Positions 12,001 to 27,433 of a DNA stretch of 64,000 nucleotides are shown one piece after another. The stretch is from Daphnia carinata. Taxonomy: Eukaryota. The DNA is taken from NCBI RefSeq assembly GCF_022539665.2, contig NC_081333.1:11656001-11720000 (forward strand). The letters run 5' to 3'. Every line of letters begins with the position of its first letter. The first letter of the stretch is position 1. Made by a program: the position numbers and the translations under genes. A model generated the notes under the pieces. That model had not been told where the DNA came from, made no database searches, and worked only from the letters and a program-made list of their open reading frames with translations.

Positions 12001-15000
12001 GAGGGAGGCGATTGAGTGTGGCGATTGAGTGTGGCGATCGATAAGTTGTCAAAGCCCACTGCTGTCATCTGACGGCCTGTTTGAAACACATGCGTAGACC
12101 GAGAACGCTACGCTTCTTCCTAGAAGTTTCGTTTTGCTTTTAGCCTATCTCATCGAAAACGACTACGTCGTGCAGAAATTCTTAATTTGGATGCCGCCCT
12201 CGGTAAAATTAATCTTGACAGCATTGTGACATTCTTTAAAAAAAAATTGGATTCCAAGCCTGGCGGAATTAATTGAATATTTAAAAGATTCTTACACACT
12301 CTTACTTCTGAAGTAGTGCCTCAACGTTTAATAACATTAATTTTATTTTTTTTTCTATACCTCCTCCTTTATTGATTAAAACAAATTTTAAAAATGTTTA
12401 AACTAGTAAAGTTTGTCAAAAATTAGCCAAGTAAAACTTGCAAGCTTTTGCCGGTGCATCGCAAGTCGTTTAAGCTCCTTGTTTACAGCCCTTCGTTGAA
12501 CGTTTATGATAAAAATGTTTTCTCAGTATTACCTAGTTTACCGTCACCGTTACGTTCGCGTAATATGTCTAATAGAATTTGCCATAGTACTACAGTTTCT
12601 ACGTTTTTGAATGCTATCTTCTGATAGCCTAGTATTGCTGGTAACCGAGCCGAGGCTAACGTTACAGCGAGAAATCATTTTGTTTTCTTTAGCTCGATAC
12701 GCTTAGGGGTGCCAGTTTCGGGTTTCACTGTCGGTTGTTATTCCCAATGTCGGAAATCGGAACGGATTCTTGTCACGAACTCACGTCCTGTAAAACGATA
12801 GAAAAGATTGTTTACCTGCCACTTTGGAGTCGTAGGCAACGCCAACACCACACACCTGGTTGTCACGGGCAGCTGACACTTCGCCGGCGCAGCGGGTACC
12901 ATGGCTACAAGGAGAACCATCAACTGAGCATTAGTTTTATGTTGATAATCGTTCAACGCCACATATAGATACAGAATGAGCTCAGATGTTTTTTTCAAAG
13001 AGTTCACATGGATGACAGAGTTTCCACACAATAGATAAAAGGTACGCAGACGTCGGTCAATACAATTCGGTACAATTTTTAGCCGGGATGCAACCGGTAT
13101 TGGTTGTAATCCTCTTGACTGAACTCGTTCTTGCGTGAAAGAGATGGAGGGCACCCCATAAAAAAACGATCTCTATAGTCTACCTCAAGTTTAGTTTTGT
13201 AACAAAAACGGATGTGGAGGAACTGCTATGACGTCTTCCGATGCATTACATTAATGCCTTTTTTTCTTTTCCTGAAAAGAAGAATCGCTTTAAAACTTCT
13301 TTTTTTTTCACCCTCTTTGTCTGTCGTTTCGATTCCACTTTTAGTAACGTAAAGGTCTTCTCCGAATTTCAAGTTGAATAATTTGTTTAGTAAAGCTAAA
13401 TCGACATTTTTGAGCTAGGTACTCCAAGATTGAAGAAAGGCATGCGATCGAAAGTTACGATGTGGGCGGATGTACCGAGGCCAAAGTTAACTCTTTAATT
13501 TTGTGAAAAGTAAAAAGCAAAGAAAAGAGTCCTTGTTTGCTAAGTGTATATGCGGTGTGTTGCATGAACCCAATTCTATTAAACGCAATCGAGATTCTGG
13601 GCAGAACGTAAGGCCTTTTGTTTCTTTTGTAAACATTGGATAAGCGAATGGGATCGACGAAGGTCACAATAAATCAACCCAACATGGCAAAGCAGGAGGT
13701 ATACTGATGCATTTTCTCGATAGAAACTGCTAAGTGGATGGCTAGACCGGAAACCATTTACGGTTACCGCTTTGTATTCCTTCGTTCACGATTACGCAGT
13801 TCTTTGCACCCTAAGCACGATCGTTCTAGGATACGATTGAGTTGGCGAGCAACTTAAGTACGAAAACATTTTCTTTTCATTTCGTGAATTTGCTAAAGCC
13901 AATTGTTTGATTATTAAATTCCGGGATGTTGAAGGTAGTGAATTGAAACTTCTTTTTTTAACTAAAAGCGAATGTCAACAAGATCGTGCAAGCAAGACGC
14001 ATCTATGATGGATTTTTATCTTGGGAGTCATTTGCGACGAAACCGTTACCAGCTGGGCGAAAAATCGATAGGGGGTGGGGTCTTGCGGTATTGCAATCAC
14101 GAAGAATGAGTTTGATATTTCTCTTGTTACAGTGTAAGGTGGTATTGCATTCGATATATCGTAACACACAGACGATAATGATGGCTAGTGTATGAAAAGG
14201 CTGAAGTATACTATAGAAGATGAAAACTACAGGGGCAAATAACGGCAGCGGGAGTGCAATCACGATTGGTTGCTGTCAATAGATGTTTCCGGTTGGGTGA
14301 CGCACGCAAGCCCCTCTCTACGGCAAAATGAATTCAAGGTGGAGTCTTGATATTACGAATGAAAATATAGTGAGGGCATCTTTATTGGTTGGGGATCTGC
14401 TTGTAACGCAAAGACAAACCGTTAATCGTAAAAAAATTACCTGTTGAACCAATCGTCGGTGTATCGCGGGTATGGAAACGGATCATTGCTGCTGAAATCG
14501 TAGCTGGCCTTTGCGTTCTATGATGGTAAATCGAATTCAAAGATTAAATATTTCATTAAAAATACGGCTGATCGTAAAGTGGGACACTCACGTAATTGTT
14601 TCGCAGGTCGGGGTGCATGTAATCCACACCTACACGTTCGAAATGATCAAAGGAATTAATTATTCATTGTAAGGGATTAGGGGACATGCGCAAAATCTCT
14701 ATTGTCGCACTGATTATTCAATTGATTTTCAGTTATGTGATCTTTTAGATTAGAAATAGCGACAGGCCCGGTGAACAGTAGAGCACAGTTAACTTTTACT
14801 TCGCTGGAGATGAATTTGTCCCCAAAGAGGAGATGTATTAAGGGACGTGAACGCCCTCCACCCATTTGCATCGAGCTCGGCGATTGTTGCGTGCATTTCT
14901 CATAAGCTCTTCCTTTATTTCTCTCTTTTTTGAAAGGTCAAATGGTACTTATGTACTGTACACAGCTCCACAAAAATTGAGAGAGGCACTTACCGTCATC

Positions 15001-18000
15001 CATAATAGCAGTTGTGACATTTTTGCCGGTAACTCCTTGAGCCCAAGCAGCTTCCACGTTCAAATCTAGACGGGGTTTTCCTCCATTCTGTCCGGTATTT
15101 TTCTATTGGGATAAAACGAACAAAAAAAATCGCACTTTTAATCGTTTGGCTTAACCTTTTGTTTGTGGCTGTACGTAGAGAATTTGTGTGGATAGAAGAC
15201 GACTGTTGACAAGAACGTCACGTTCAGCTTAAGGGGACATTGCAATTAGTATTCTCGACTTAAGAGGATATCAAATACTGCATGGTCCAATTTGCGAGAA
15301 ATCTAGAAAACTAGCGTGTACGTTCCAGTCATTAGTTGTGTAGTACTATCCTTGACAGCTGGAAAGCACGTACGCTATTCTATGTTCTCAGTTATTGTTA
15401 TTTTTTTATAATGATGACTAGTATTTTATTCTTTGTCAAGAAGCTCGCATCGTGCAGATGACCTTTGTCCATTCTGCGCAAAGCAGTTTCTCGTAGAGTT
15501 TGAATTTAAAAACTGAATTGTCTTTAAAATAACTAAGGCCTTTTTTTTTGTGAGTTACATGATCAAGCCGAATTGGCTCAACTAAGTTTTGATTATATCT
15601 CCACTTGACTGGCGTTTCGATATTCAACCGAGGTATTTCGTGAAGCGACATCCGTCCATGCGTAACGTGAGTGACTATGACGGGAAGCAATAAAGTCGCC
15701 GTCGGCTGTTTTTCTTTGAAAGCAGCAAACAAAATATTGGGGGGGGGGGGGGGGGTAAATTGGAGAATACAAAAAAGAGACAGGAGGAAAACCTTGGAAA
15801 TTTTGTTTGCAATCTTTTTAATAGGCGGATGGAACTGAAGTGTAGCGGAAGTCGAATATAATTGCGGTTGGATACTGCGCACTACGCTCCGCCTTCTCTA
15901 TAGTAACATCCAAAAAAGTTTGGGTCTCTAATTGCACGAGCTGACAAGTCCTTGTATGTCTTTTCAGCCGGAAGGCGACAAGGAACTCGTCAATTCTGCT
16001 CTGTTGGTCGCCCAAGTTGAGCACTTTACTTTTTCACAACGCTCTTATTTCTCTCCCTTTTTTTTTCCTTTTAAATGTCAGCCGTATGTGACATGTGACA
16101 TTCATCGTCTCTTATAAGCTTGGAGCGAATTTCTTTGCTAAATTTCAGGGAATGTTGAACAACTGCTGGTATCGTTTCAGCTTCGTTTACAAATTAGGGT
16201 TTTTTAAAAAATAATCTTTTGAACTGAAGCTTCATCTTAGAACCCACGGCGACGCTTGATATTCGTTAAAGTTAACTGTAGAAAATATAGCCCTATCCTT
16301 TTTTTCAAAGTCGCGAGATGATTGCACATTAACTTGAAAAGTTCAGACATGGGAGGAGAGGGCGCGCCCTGTTTGATTGGAAATCCTATGATACGACGTC
16401 TTATCTCTGGATGCATAGGATATAACTTTTACAAACTGTTCAAACAGTAGAGAAATTATATGACAGGCATGTTGCAGGGATTTTCGCCTTATTTCTTTAG
16501 TTTTGTGTGTTTCGTTCAAACTTGCCCGTCTGTTGCACCATGATACAAAACTACGGCCGTTCTGTTCCCTCCAACTCGCCCGGTCGATCAATATTGCGTC
16601 CCGTTTCTACTGCGCTGCCGTTCTATATATTCCCCATCGTGTGGAGATAGCGGGATTATATACATATAGCCTATAGCCAGGGAACGGATATGAGAATCCT
16701 TTTTTTTAGGGGGGGGGGACCGACAACCTAATTAGAAATGACGAGAAATGAACTCGTTGGTTGCTTAATTGCTCATTCTTGCTACTGAAGGCTATGGCGA
16801 TGCGTGTTCATGACTTAAATGACCTGCCGACTTTATTCCATGAAGGGTAAATGTATTCCTTCCAAACTTGTCACAATGATCGACGTCCGACTCTTTTTGT
16901 TCAACAGAGAAAATGAATGTTTTCGTGATAGCGACAAGGGCAACATTGCCATTTAAACGATGGGGAACAAGAGTCGTGCAAATATCAACTTCATTAGCGT
17001 TGAAACCTTTTTCGCGTCGGTTATTCTTTCACTCTGCTCATTCTCCTCCCTTTGCACATCGTGTCACTTAAATGAACAGGATCCCCCCCCCCCCCCCCCC
17101 ACTTTTACTTTTTTTTTTTTTTTAATTGAAGAGCGGTTTCTTATTGTCGAAAGCAATATCTACGCGGTAGCTTAATTGAGTAATAAAAAAAAATAAGGGA
17201 AAGAGGTGAAACCGTCTTCTTCTTTTTTGCGTGTGTGTTTGGGTTCCACTTACCAGATACCATTGAAATGCGAAATAGGGATCGGTTGGATCTTTGTGCT
17301 CCTTGGCTGCGGCTGCAATGGCTGCGGCGGGATCGATGGGCGTCGCTAGAGGTTTCTTGTAGCCCCGCTTGAACCGACGAAAACCGACTTGCTGTATGGC
17401 GGTGTGAATCTGAAAGAGAAAGAGTTTGTTTTGAAACTGAACAGAATTTTTACGTAGAAATATGTAACGAAATGAAGATCAAAGTAACTGAATTGTTTTT
17501 CAATTTTCAGTAGTGACACACCGATGACATTTGAGTCTTCGTTGTCTTGAAAAAAAAAAAGAAGGGTTGTTTTATTTTGTGTAATTTTATGACCTTTGCG
17601 CTGACGCTGTGTTGAAAGGTATTTTTCACGCGTGAAGATCCACAGTCTCTTACATGCTTGCAGCGATCGATCATTCCCTTTGTGCTCGGAAATTTTCATT
17701 GAACTTAAAAAGCGAAGCCATGCATTTTACATGATACCTTGTGATTGAACTTCGATTCTCTCTTTTTCTAATTTTTAATGCCAAAGATTGTCTGTGATAC
17801 ACGCTAAAATTGTCGTTTTCTTGACAACAAATGGCACGTCTACTCCCAAACGAAAACGTTGATTGTGAAACGAAGAGATGAAAGCTAAATTCTATAACTG
17901 GGCCATATTTTTTTTTTAAAGCGAACGGTGGACTTTACCTGGTGAAGCTTTTCCGATCGGGAAATCACGCTATCTTTGAATGTGAATTAAAAAACAAAAA

Positions 18001-18598
18001 TGGGATAAGTGACTTGGTTCGCGAACGGTGGTGATATCAAAGCATTCCAGTAAAAAGCAGGCTACACACCGAAAATGGCACGCGGAAAAATGTCCGTCAT
18101 TTGGAACCGTGTAATGAAGACTCGATTTTGCCATTTTCCTGATATAAAACGAGGGAAAAATTCAACTTGACGGGACAATTTGACAGCCGTGAATCGTCCA
18201 ATCATGTTTGCCTCTTTAGTACACATATTGATCGAAATTGGTAGGGCCGGAGATGTTTACAAGTTCATTGAGATGGAGGATGAAAAAGGAAGGAGAAACT
18301 TAATAGGAGGGATGGTGAATTGGCTATACAGAGTTCGTTTTGAATACCAGCATACAGATTGTCAGTCTAAAGTCAAAATGTGTGAAATTGGAAAACCATT
18401 CAGCTGCATTTTATTCTTGGCATGTCTTTATATCAATGTTTTTCAATTTAAAAAACTTGTTCCGCGATTTTCAAAGAATTGATTCTCCTCATGGCATCCG
18501 TGCGGATGGACACAAGAAATCTTGACAAACAACCTCAATCTATATGCTGTAGATTTTGTATTCCGCGGTGGGATTCAAGACTTATAAAGCGCACATCC

Positions 18599-18636
<38 letters not shown>

Positions 18637-21600
18637 ATTGTCTAAAAATGAAGTTTGAATAGGCACGATCTGTGTTTCATTTGGCTTTATTACTTTCCGG
18701 CTTTGTGTCGATCTTTCCGATTGGGTATGCGAGAAATCAGCGGGCGAACTTACTAGCCCACGAGATAAAAATGAAACAGGAAAGTAAAGGTGACAATTCG
18801 TTGAAACAGCTGTCACACGTGCAGTCGGTGTTGTAGAACATTGCGGTAACACAAGTAGGTCAGATACTTTTATTTTGTCTGTGCCAAGGCTTTGTCTTTG
18901 GCCTTGATGTCTAAAGTGTTGCAACAAAAAGAAGACTTGAAGTAGGTGAATGAAAATCTGTCGGACGAATTTACCTTCACGAGAAAATACGCAAAGGGCA
19001 AGTCAAAGCAGCGGAGTAGAATTTAGATCAGATGATATTAGATGAGGAAAAGTGGACGGTTGCGTATACACGAGTGCAGCTTATTTTTATTTCTTCCCTC
19101 TTCATATAAGCCCATTAAAGGTTAAATAGCTTTTCCATGCTACCTCGTCTTTCAATGTCGCCATTACTTATCCACCCTCGCTATCTGTCGTCGACTATGC
19201 GAGCTAACGAAATCTTTCAATATGTCAATAGCAGCCCGAAAAGATGAATAGTTCCTCTTTGAACAATGTTAAGCCTGCGTTGGTTGATAATCAAGGCAAA
19301 ACGAATGGTAATAGTTATGTCTATCATTCCTTTTTCGTTCTCTACATTGATCCTAAGCAATCTTGTTTATAACTCCCGTCTTCAAGTAGTTCAAAGACTG
19401 TGCCACGGCGTTATGTTTAGAACTTTGTTCGTGTTTTTGTCTTAAAATTGAGAGCTGTATTGGAAAAAGTTTGATCGAGATTGATAGACATGGAAATAGT
19501 CTTATGCTGGAGTCTATATTCTCGTCTATAACAATAAGAAAAGACAGCGGCAACTTGTTGGATCGATAAAAAGCATCGAATTTTTTTTTTTCTTTTCCTC
19601 CCCTAAAAGCAAAGGTCGTGGTATTTATTCTTTGCCGATCTGATATTGACAAGCGAGCGTTAAAGTGTAAAATAAGTAGCAGAGGCGGGGAAAATGGGCG
19701 ATCGAGTGCATTAAAAAAATGAAAGAAAGTCAAAGTGGTGAGATTGGGTGTAGAAATGGCATGCGGCGTACTACTCACCAGTGGGTCGGCTTTGAGCTGG
19801 CGGGTGTGCAACACGCTGCGTTTGGTCCGCGCGTGCGGCAGAGCATGATGCACAAAGTGGTAATCGTGATCGGAGCCGATAACCTGCAATGAAAGAAAAA
19901 TGACGCAAAAAAGAAATAAATGAGCTTTTTTAAAAATCTAGACACTAAAAGAGTTTTAAAGAGAAATAAAAAAAAAACAATTTCGCGTATAGCCGATCGA
20001 GAAGAAAATGCGCCGCATTGTTCTTTTGTGACCGGAACGAACGAGTTGACATGGCCTCACAAGATTTTAAGTGCGTCGCTACAACTAAGGGCCGCTTCAG
20101 GAAGTACGGCTCTATTCTCTTTATTTGCTAAAGGGTGGACAACAGATGGGGGGGGGGGATAAAAGAAGATTGATTGCAATAAGCAAGTATGAAAAGGTCG
20201 AACGCTAATAACGCCTTCGATCTGGCTTACCTCAATCGAGTTAATGTCACTGGTGAAATGTCCGCCAAGCAAAAAGTTACTCTCGCGCCATAACAAGAAA
20301 AGTTCTCTAATTACCGGCGCAGGGACATTGATTTTGTCTTGTCCGTTCTGTGCATTCCTTCTCTATTTAGTCTTTACATGGATCTATAAAGACCTAGGTT
20401 GTTTCTTACTAGAAAATCCGATGACTTTGCTATAGGCTTGTTGATTTATTAAAGACGAACAGAGTGCAGGCAGTCGTCATTCGGCATTCATGCATGTTCG
20501 ACTTTTGACCGCCCACGGGAGCTTGCTTTACGTTAGTTAAGGGGGGCATGCGATCTGTCGGGTAGGCGGTTCCGCCTACGCGTGAAATAAAACATTTCGC
20601 TCCTGTTTATTTGAGTCGCGTTGTTCGCCTACTTCGCAAGTTACTGATTTTCAAAATTCAATCGAGATGTCTCGCTTCTATGTTATTGGTAACATTTTGA
20701 GGCCTTTAATCTTGAGACAATTCTCAGCTCTTAAGCTTCTCACGTTCCCGAAGGAAAATGTCATTTAATGGGGATTTACGCCGCCGGGTGACAAATTCCA
20801 ATCATCAAAGATTGTGGAGGAGGTACGAATAGTGATAGCGAATGTAGCAGAGGACGAACAAATGGAGGTCAAGACACATTCGCTTAATTTATTTTCGTAT
20901 CGAGTCTGGTGTGACCTGGTTACCAACGAGAGCAGAATGACTGATAGTTATCTAACCGAATTGCCTAGCGCTTTCAATTTAGTCCAGCCTCTTACGTCCA
21001 ACCTATTTGTGTGTAGGCCTATAATGCCGCAGTTTATAAAAAGTTACAGTCGAGAGGTCAATGTTGTTTATAGCCGTCAACAAATCAAGCAGACAGGCGA
21101 CTATCCATCAGGTTATGTTCGCGGCGAACAGTGCGAGAAAACAGCACTTGACTGATAGATATAAGTATTTGAAAAATGGTTTACATTGTTTTTGTTTTTT
21201 AGTTTTTGTTCTGTCTTGTCTTCCCCTATCTTTCCCTCTTGTCCGCTCGTATCGATTCTTTCGACCGCGTTCAGTTTGTTTTTTTACGGCATATAGGCCT
21301 ATATGTAGGCCCGGCTCTTGCGTGTCTGTTTCTTCTGTAAAAGCCACGGTTTGAAAACTTTCGCTGATGAGCTAGTTGTAACGAACTGGGAACATCTGCG
21401 CTATGACGTACGATAAATTCTCTTGTCTTTCAACAAGTAAGGTGTTGAAAAAATTAAAAACGAAAGTGATTTCCACCTTTTCAACATATAAAAGAGATAA
21501 CTGAAATTTTATATTTTTTTTTTCCGACTGTGATGTTGGGTACGAGGAATGAATCACGTACGTGATGGGACGTTTTCATGTACTGGCTGCGTATGTAGCA

Positions 21601-22626
21601 GATAGTATTACCTATTATTATTTCCGAAGACTATCTCACTATACTCTATGACGTTTCCGCTGGCGTTTCTCTGCTTTTGCGTAACTGGATGCGGGAAATG
21701 AGTTATCGATTTGTCGGTGACGCGGTTCGATTTGGTATACCCTTATATTTACTTATCCATCAACCTTTTTTTTTTCCCTGTTGGTTGGATTTTATGTGTA
21801 AAAACAAAATGCTGAACTGAAAATGTGGGAAGTCGACAGTGGCCTCTGAAAACCGTTGAGGGTTTTTGGGGGTTTTTTTTTTGTTTTTTTTTTTAGCTAT
21901 TTAGGCCAGGGATTCTTACGTATTTGCCACGGCAGATCTATAACATAGCCGGGTAGTAGGGTGCCTTAACGCCACGAGAAAATGGCGTCGTGTTGGTGTG
22001 TTTCTCGCGTCTATTGCGCCGTTCACACTCTGATGGCCGCTCGTGGATCGATGCTGCAGGCGCGGGAAGCAGTATGAGAAGAAAAGATAAGAGAGCGGAA
22101 GAAGGGGAAGGCAGAGACGATGAGAAAATGGAGAGCAAAAAGAGGGGGGAGCGCGAGAGAACACGGATAGATTTTGGGACAAGTTTTTGCAGAGAGAACT
22201 GAGGAGGAGGAGCCAACTAGCGATTTTGCTTTCAGGATCGATTCGTCGAAACACATTCAAACCTTTTCATTCACAATTTCAAATTCGGCCATTTGCCAGC
22301 GACTATCTTGGACGGGCATCAATTGCAAATTTGCTCTACCACACAAAAAATATGAATATTTTTTTCTTTACCGATCCCCAGTTTTCGAATCCATTACGGC
22401 GGGCGATCAAGTCGGCCTGCTGTCGATCCTGAACGCCGCGGAGCTTGACAAGGAACGAGTTGGTAAAGACTTGCGGTAACGACGATCCGAACCGATTAGC
22501 GGCGGCCGGTGGTGCCGACGATGATGCAACAGCGACCAGGGCGACGGTCAAGCTGGCCAGCAGAACAGTGCAGACGGACAGACGCGACGTCCCGGCCTTG
22601 CAGGAGCGTGAAGCCGCTCTTAACAT
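9085..22626 (-). CDS. PCSK2: Neuroendocrine prohormone convertase 2 (PC2/amontillado), 13 coding exons
   Basis: Approximate exons: 22626-22372, 19884-19780, 17409-17254, 15103-14993, 14630-14592, 14517-14441, 12904-12816, 11888-11498, 10434-10334, 10257-10024, 9932-9767, 9449-9331, ~9270-9085. Prodomain cleavage RRFKR; catalytic Asp (AIMDDGVDY), His ([10 protein letters not shown]) and Ser (HSGTSAAAP); PC2-specific oxyanion Asp (WASGDGG); P-domain. Confidence 0.96.
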
Positions 22627-25600
22627 GGCCCGCGGATTAGAAACCTCGCGGACGTGTGGAATCCCACGCGTTTGATTTTCCTTTCCGTTTCTTTTGCAAA
22701 CGAGCGATGATGATCGAAAATCAACTGATTTCTTCCTCAGTTTCGGGAACAAATTGATGGAATTTTGCAAACCGATCGCTTCGTCTTCTAACCATCCGAA
22801 TCTGGCGCCCAAAATCGACAAGGCAAAGACAAAATCGACGAGCGAAATGCAGTTGACCGAAGTTTAGTCACTAAGACCACACGAATTTATGTCTGTTGTT
22901 GATTAGAAAAACAGCACGGACCTCGGATACCACCTCCCTTTCGTGGCACCGACGTTTCAGGTCCGTTCTGCTTGACTTGCTGTCTCTGACACAGCCGTAT
23001 GGCACGCTGCGTTTCAACACACGAGCTCTCGGTCCAAGGGAGAAAAGGGAATGAAGCTTGCTACCCCGACTGGCTTTTGGTTACTTAGGCTTTAGCGGGA
23101 AAGAGGGCGGAAACATGGGAGGGACTTGGTTGTTGGTCCCCTACACTGGATCCTCCTCTTCATCGTCAAAAACAGGACTTGCGCGTTCGTGTAGGCTGCC
23201 TTTCATTCGCAGATTCTTTATATTATTTCGGCTTCCTTTTGATTTAAAGAAAATAAAAGGGATACCATAAACCAGGGACGGCTGAGAGAGCCCGTCCTGC
23301 CCCGCGAGACCATCCTTTGATAGAGGTTGGATAAAACCTCTGTGCCGACGACAAGGATCAATTATTGTATTTGTGCTCAGCTGAATGCCTCAGTACTAGA
23401 ATACAAGAGCAGTTGTATTAGACGAATTGCGCTTTGAATCACGCCAGGCCAGCAACTGCTGGATGTCCATGAAATGGGCTGATTTCGGGAAATGGAGGAT
23501 TTGAAAGCGGAACGGACGTTTGCATAATTAAGTATTGCATTGCGGGGACATTGGTGATAAGCTTTATTCACTAGCGGGATTTACACGCTAACTCTCTCTC
23601 TTACTTATGTATACTTGCCCCTTAAACGGTTCTCTTATTTATTAGGTATGTGTATGGTTAATGATGGCCGTCGTCATGCACACACACACACACAAGTTCA
23701 TTTCTGCCATCGATCGATGGCGGTCGATTGCGATCCGTCGATGCGACTATCTAATCGAAAAGACGCCCATCGACCAACACAAATCGATGACTTATTTATA
23801 CGTTCAGATGACATCTTCGTTCTGGTTATTGTTCTTCGTGTGCGTCACTCGATAAAAATAGTACAATTCACATTTAGCTCTCGAATAATTGTCTCTTGTC
23901 CGCTTTTTGTTGTGCCCTCTTCCACGCAGCCGTTGCCTCTTTGTTTAGGCGTCGAATGTCATATTTCTGGCTATATAGAGCTTATTATCTGACTTATCCA
24001 TCTATGGGCATCAACAGTGCGGCTGGGTAGAAAGTCATCAGGGAGTAACCGTCGTCATGACGAGGCCCCGCAAAATTATAGTGGCGCAGCAGCAGGCTCG
24101 TTCAGTTTGTCCTCCCACAGCGTCTGGCGTGAATACGAATCTCTGATGTCAATCTACTGCCAATGGGGAGCAAGACATCCCCCCTCCCACCATACGGGTG
24201 GATAATAAATACAGGACAAGAGAATCTGCTGCCCGCGTAAATATTTAATATACTGCAGCCCGTGTTATGTAGTCAAGGATGGCATTGTCGAAAACTTTTG
24301 TCGATGCGAGACTCGCATTATCGAACTCTAAAGCCACGTCAACTGTCAACTGACTTTTTTTTTCTTTCTGTAGCGACATGCGCTGGATGTTTTAAGGAAA
24401 AGAAGAGGAGGAAAGTTTAGGGAGTTTTCAAACTCAACTTTTTTTCTTTTTTTTTTTTTTTTTGCTGTGGAGATACAGAGCAAAGTGACACCGCACCTAA
24501 AGAGGTCCTATAACCGCCGAGTTCCAATTCTTTTCCTCTGGTGATAAAAGTTGGGCCTAAACATTTGCGAGATAGACGTCACCGTTGACGTCACGGCATT
24601 GATTTCTTACCCTCCCGCCTTCCTTAGTTGTCTCCTCCTCTTTACTTATCCGTTCCCAAGGTTTCCAACACGCCTTAGTCGCACGTTAAGCTTAAGACTC
24701 CGTACATAGATAGAGGTACAGCTGCAAATCCAAATGAGGTGAGTTTTTTTTTTTTTTTTTTTTTTTTTAGATAGAGGACACTTAATAGACATTTCACATA
24801 CCGTTGATGTGGGAACGTTCCGTGTCGCCTCCTGTTGTGAATTTAATCAATTTTTTACCTTGAATTTTCAAAAAATTTGAAAAGAGAAACATTTGTTATC
24901 ATTTCTTATTGTCTTCTTAAAATTAATTTTGAACAGGATTTTACAAAAACACTGCAAAAAAATTGTGTTTGACGTAGATGTTTTGTGGTGTTCCTAGTTG
25001 GGAACGACAGAAACTTTCTGTTATCTGTTAGATCAAGTAGAAACGGCCATTGAGTTATTTCTTTTAATAATAGCTTATATTAATGTGTTTTCGTTGTAAC
25101 ACATACAAACATGTAGCACAATAGTGGAGGACTTCAAGTGCAATGTGTGGTGTGGCGGACACGCGCCGCACAGCCGGAGTTGTGCAGCTGTGTGCCATCA
25201 ATTTAGTGAACTAGGCTGTATACAATCAAGACCGTGCGATGCCGTTATCGATTTGTGGATGTATAGCCTTATACAGCAATAGATTGGGCGATGTACCGCA
25301 ATAACGCGCGGGTCCAAGTCGTCGTCTCACGCTCTATCCCCTATCTTCTTCACTCCATTATCGGCGGAGTGGGAAACACGCAGCACATAGACGTGCAACG
25401 TGAATGACGCTGAACAACAATGATTTATCGATATGGTGTGTGGCAGTAATTATATGTGGCCAGTCGCATTGAGGCAGCTCAGCTGTTTTGATAAAGACGC
25501 CTCCTGAGCCTATACTGCGTGCAGGCTCAAATAAAGAACAAAATGTTGTATAGAGTTGTCGTTATGACTACAACAATAGGCTGCTTCTAATCAAATGTAT

Positions 25601-27433
25601 TTGCTTGTTTATTCTTTCCTGGTTACCTTCCTTTGTGCCCACGCATGTATCGACTCGAATGTTTCCTACTTTCTCCCGTTTCACGTTTTTTTTTTTTTGT
25701 TCTTTTGAAACTTCGGAGAGTAAATTATTTGAAATTGAATTTACTTTTCGCAGATATAAAAATGAAGAAGTTCGTGCGTCAGACTGCGAAACGAAACAAA
25801 ATTGTATATGCTTATGAGGTATGATGAATTAATGGCGTATCTTGGCCAGCCGTTTTTTTTTAAGTTGCAAAGGACGCATTAGAGAGGCAGAAGATGGGGA
25901 AAAAATCGACTTCTGGGTTGGTATGTAGCTTTTTTTTACGTCACAGAGATAATCGAATTTGTATGGGACGAGCGCATGCATGATTCACTTCTCCTTGTCC
26001 GCATTTTACAAAAAGAAGCGCAACGAAAAATGTCTGTAATGGAGATATAAATCCCTTAGTTCATTGAACGCGACTGGCTTCATCTTTCTGACTGGCAGCA
26101 CTTTTTTTTTATTCCCCAGAAAAGATCCGCATCTTTTCAATGAAGAGGCCAAGTCATTCAATTCAATGAAAGCACAGCAAAAAATCGTTGAAATAATTAG
26201 GCTGTGCCTTGACAGACGTATAGGGCTTTATTGTAAATCTGTCATCGATCGAAACTCATCTTTCCTTACAATTGGATGCTCTTTAAATGGGACTGTCATT
26301 TTTATTTTCTAGATAATGGTACTTGATCACAACAAATGAAGGACTTCAGACTTCGTTTTTAGTTCACTGTAAGACCAGGAAGTAAAATTGAATTGATAAC
26401 AATCTTCAATAACCAGCTGTTCAACTTTCAGTCGACGTTTCAAAAATACCTCGTTAGGGAACTTTGACATTTAGACTGCCCTTCCAGTTTAAAACAACAA
26501 ATGTTCCGTTTCTGGGTTTGCAATCGATGTAACATCGTGAATTTTTTTTTTTTTTCTCCTTACTCTTCAATTATTTTGAATGATAACCTTCTTAGAAGCG
26601 GGGTGGGTATAAGAATTCGCTGCAGTTTGGGACGTTTAGGCTGTCCAACATTCCAACATAATAAAAACCACACAACGACTGAAGGGATCGCTCTCGCTTG
26701 AACGTAATTCGATTTGTACTTATAGTAATGCACTAAAACCCTCTGTAAGCGGATTTCAATGGTAAGACGAGCACAAAACTCTGAATGGGAATCTCGAGGC
26801 AAAGAAAAGGGAACGTATATAAAACTTTGCCACTTTCAATTGTGTTTAGAGAGAAAACAAAATTATTTCATGCTCAAATCAAATGACTGTAACGTTCTCC
26901 CCCCCGCAAACAAAAAATTGCCCCATTTGATTAGTCTAGACAGGGAATACGGAAGAGATTATTTTCGCTTCTATCGATACGCATCATAAGAACATATGCC
27001 AGGCTGACACCAATATTTTTCATTATCTGGATGAGTACCGCGATCTACGTAACTCGGGGTAATGAAATACACCCAAACTATTGTGGTGATAGAATCCGTG
27101 TCACAACTAACTTTCCCTGTCAGTTCCTGAATCGATAGGCTACATTTTCCTATTCGTTTGCGTAACAAAAACGTACGTTATTGTTCATCAAACAACCTAT
27201 GGACTTCGAAATACGATAACAAATGGAAAAAAAAATAATCGATTGTACTTCCTTATCCACATACTTTATAGGATTCGTTGACACGACAGGAGCAAATACT
27301 TTGACGTGGTTTAACGCAATGACAATTCGAAATGATAAGCATCGCGAAACTGAGGTGATATAAAAAGGGTAGCCATTTCTTCCAGTCAGTCACTTCATTC
27401 GCTGCAACGCCGAACGGAAAGACAACATTTAAA

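Noticed and set aside
17936..17976. Possible cassette micro-exon in PC2 intron 2 (strong CAG|GTAAAG donor on -)
   Set aside because: Candidate lengths (31 or 35 nt) break the frame, and the flanking exons already join into a complete PC2 prodomain.
11451..20158. Long poly-G/poly-C runs in PC2 introns as G-quadruplex regulators
   Set aside because: Homopolymer runs are common throughout this window and their lengths are unreliable. No specific evidence of function.
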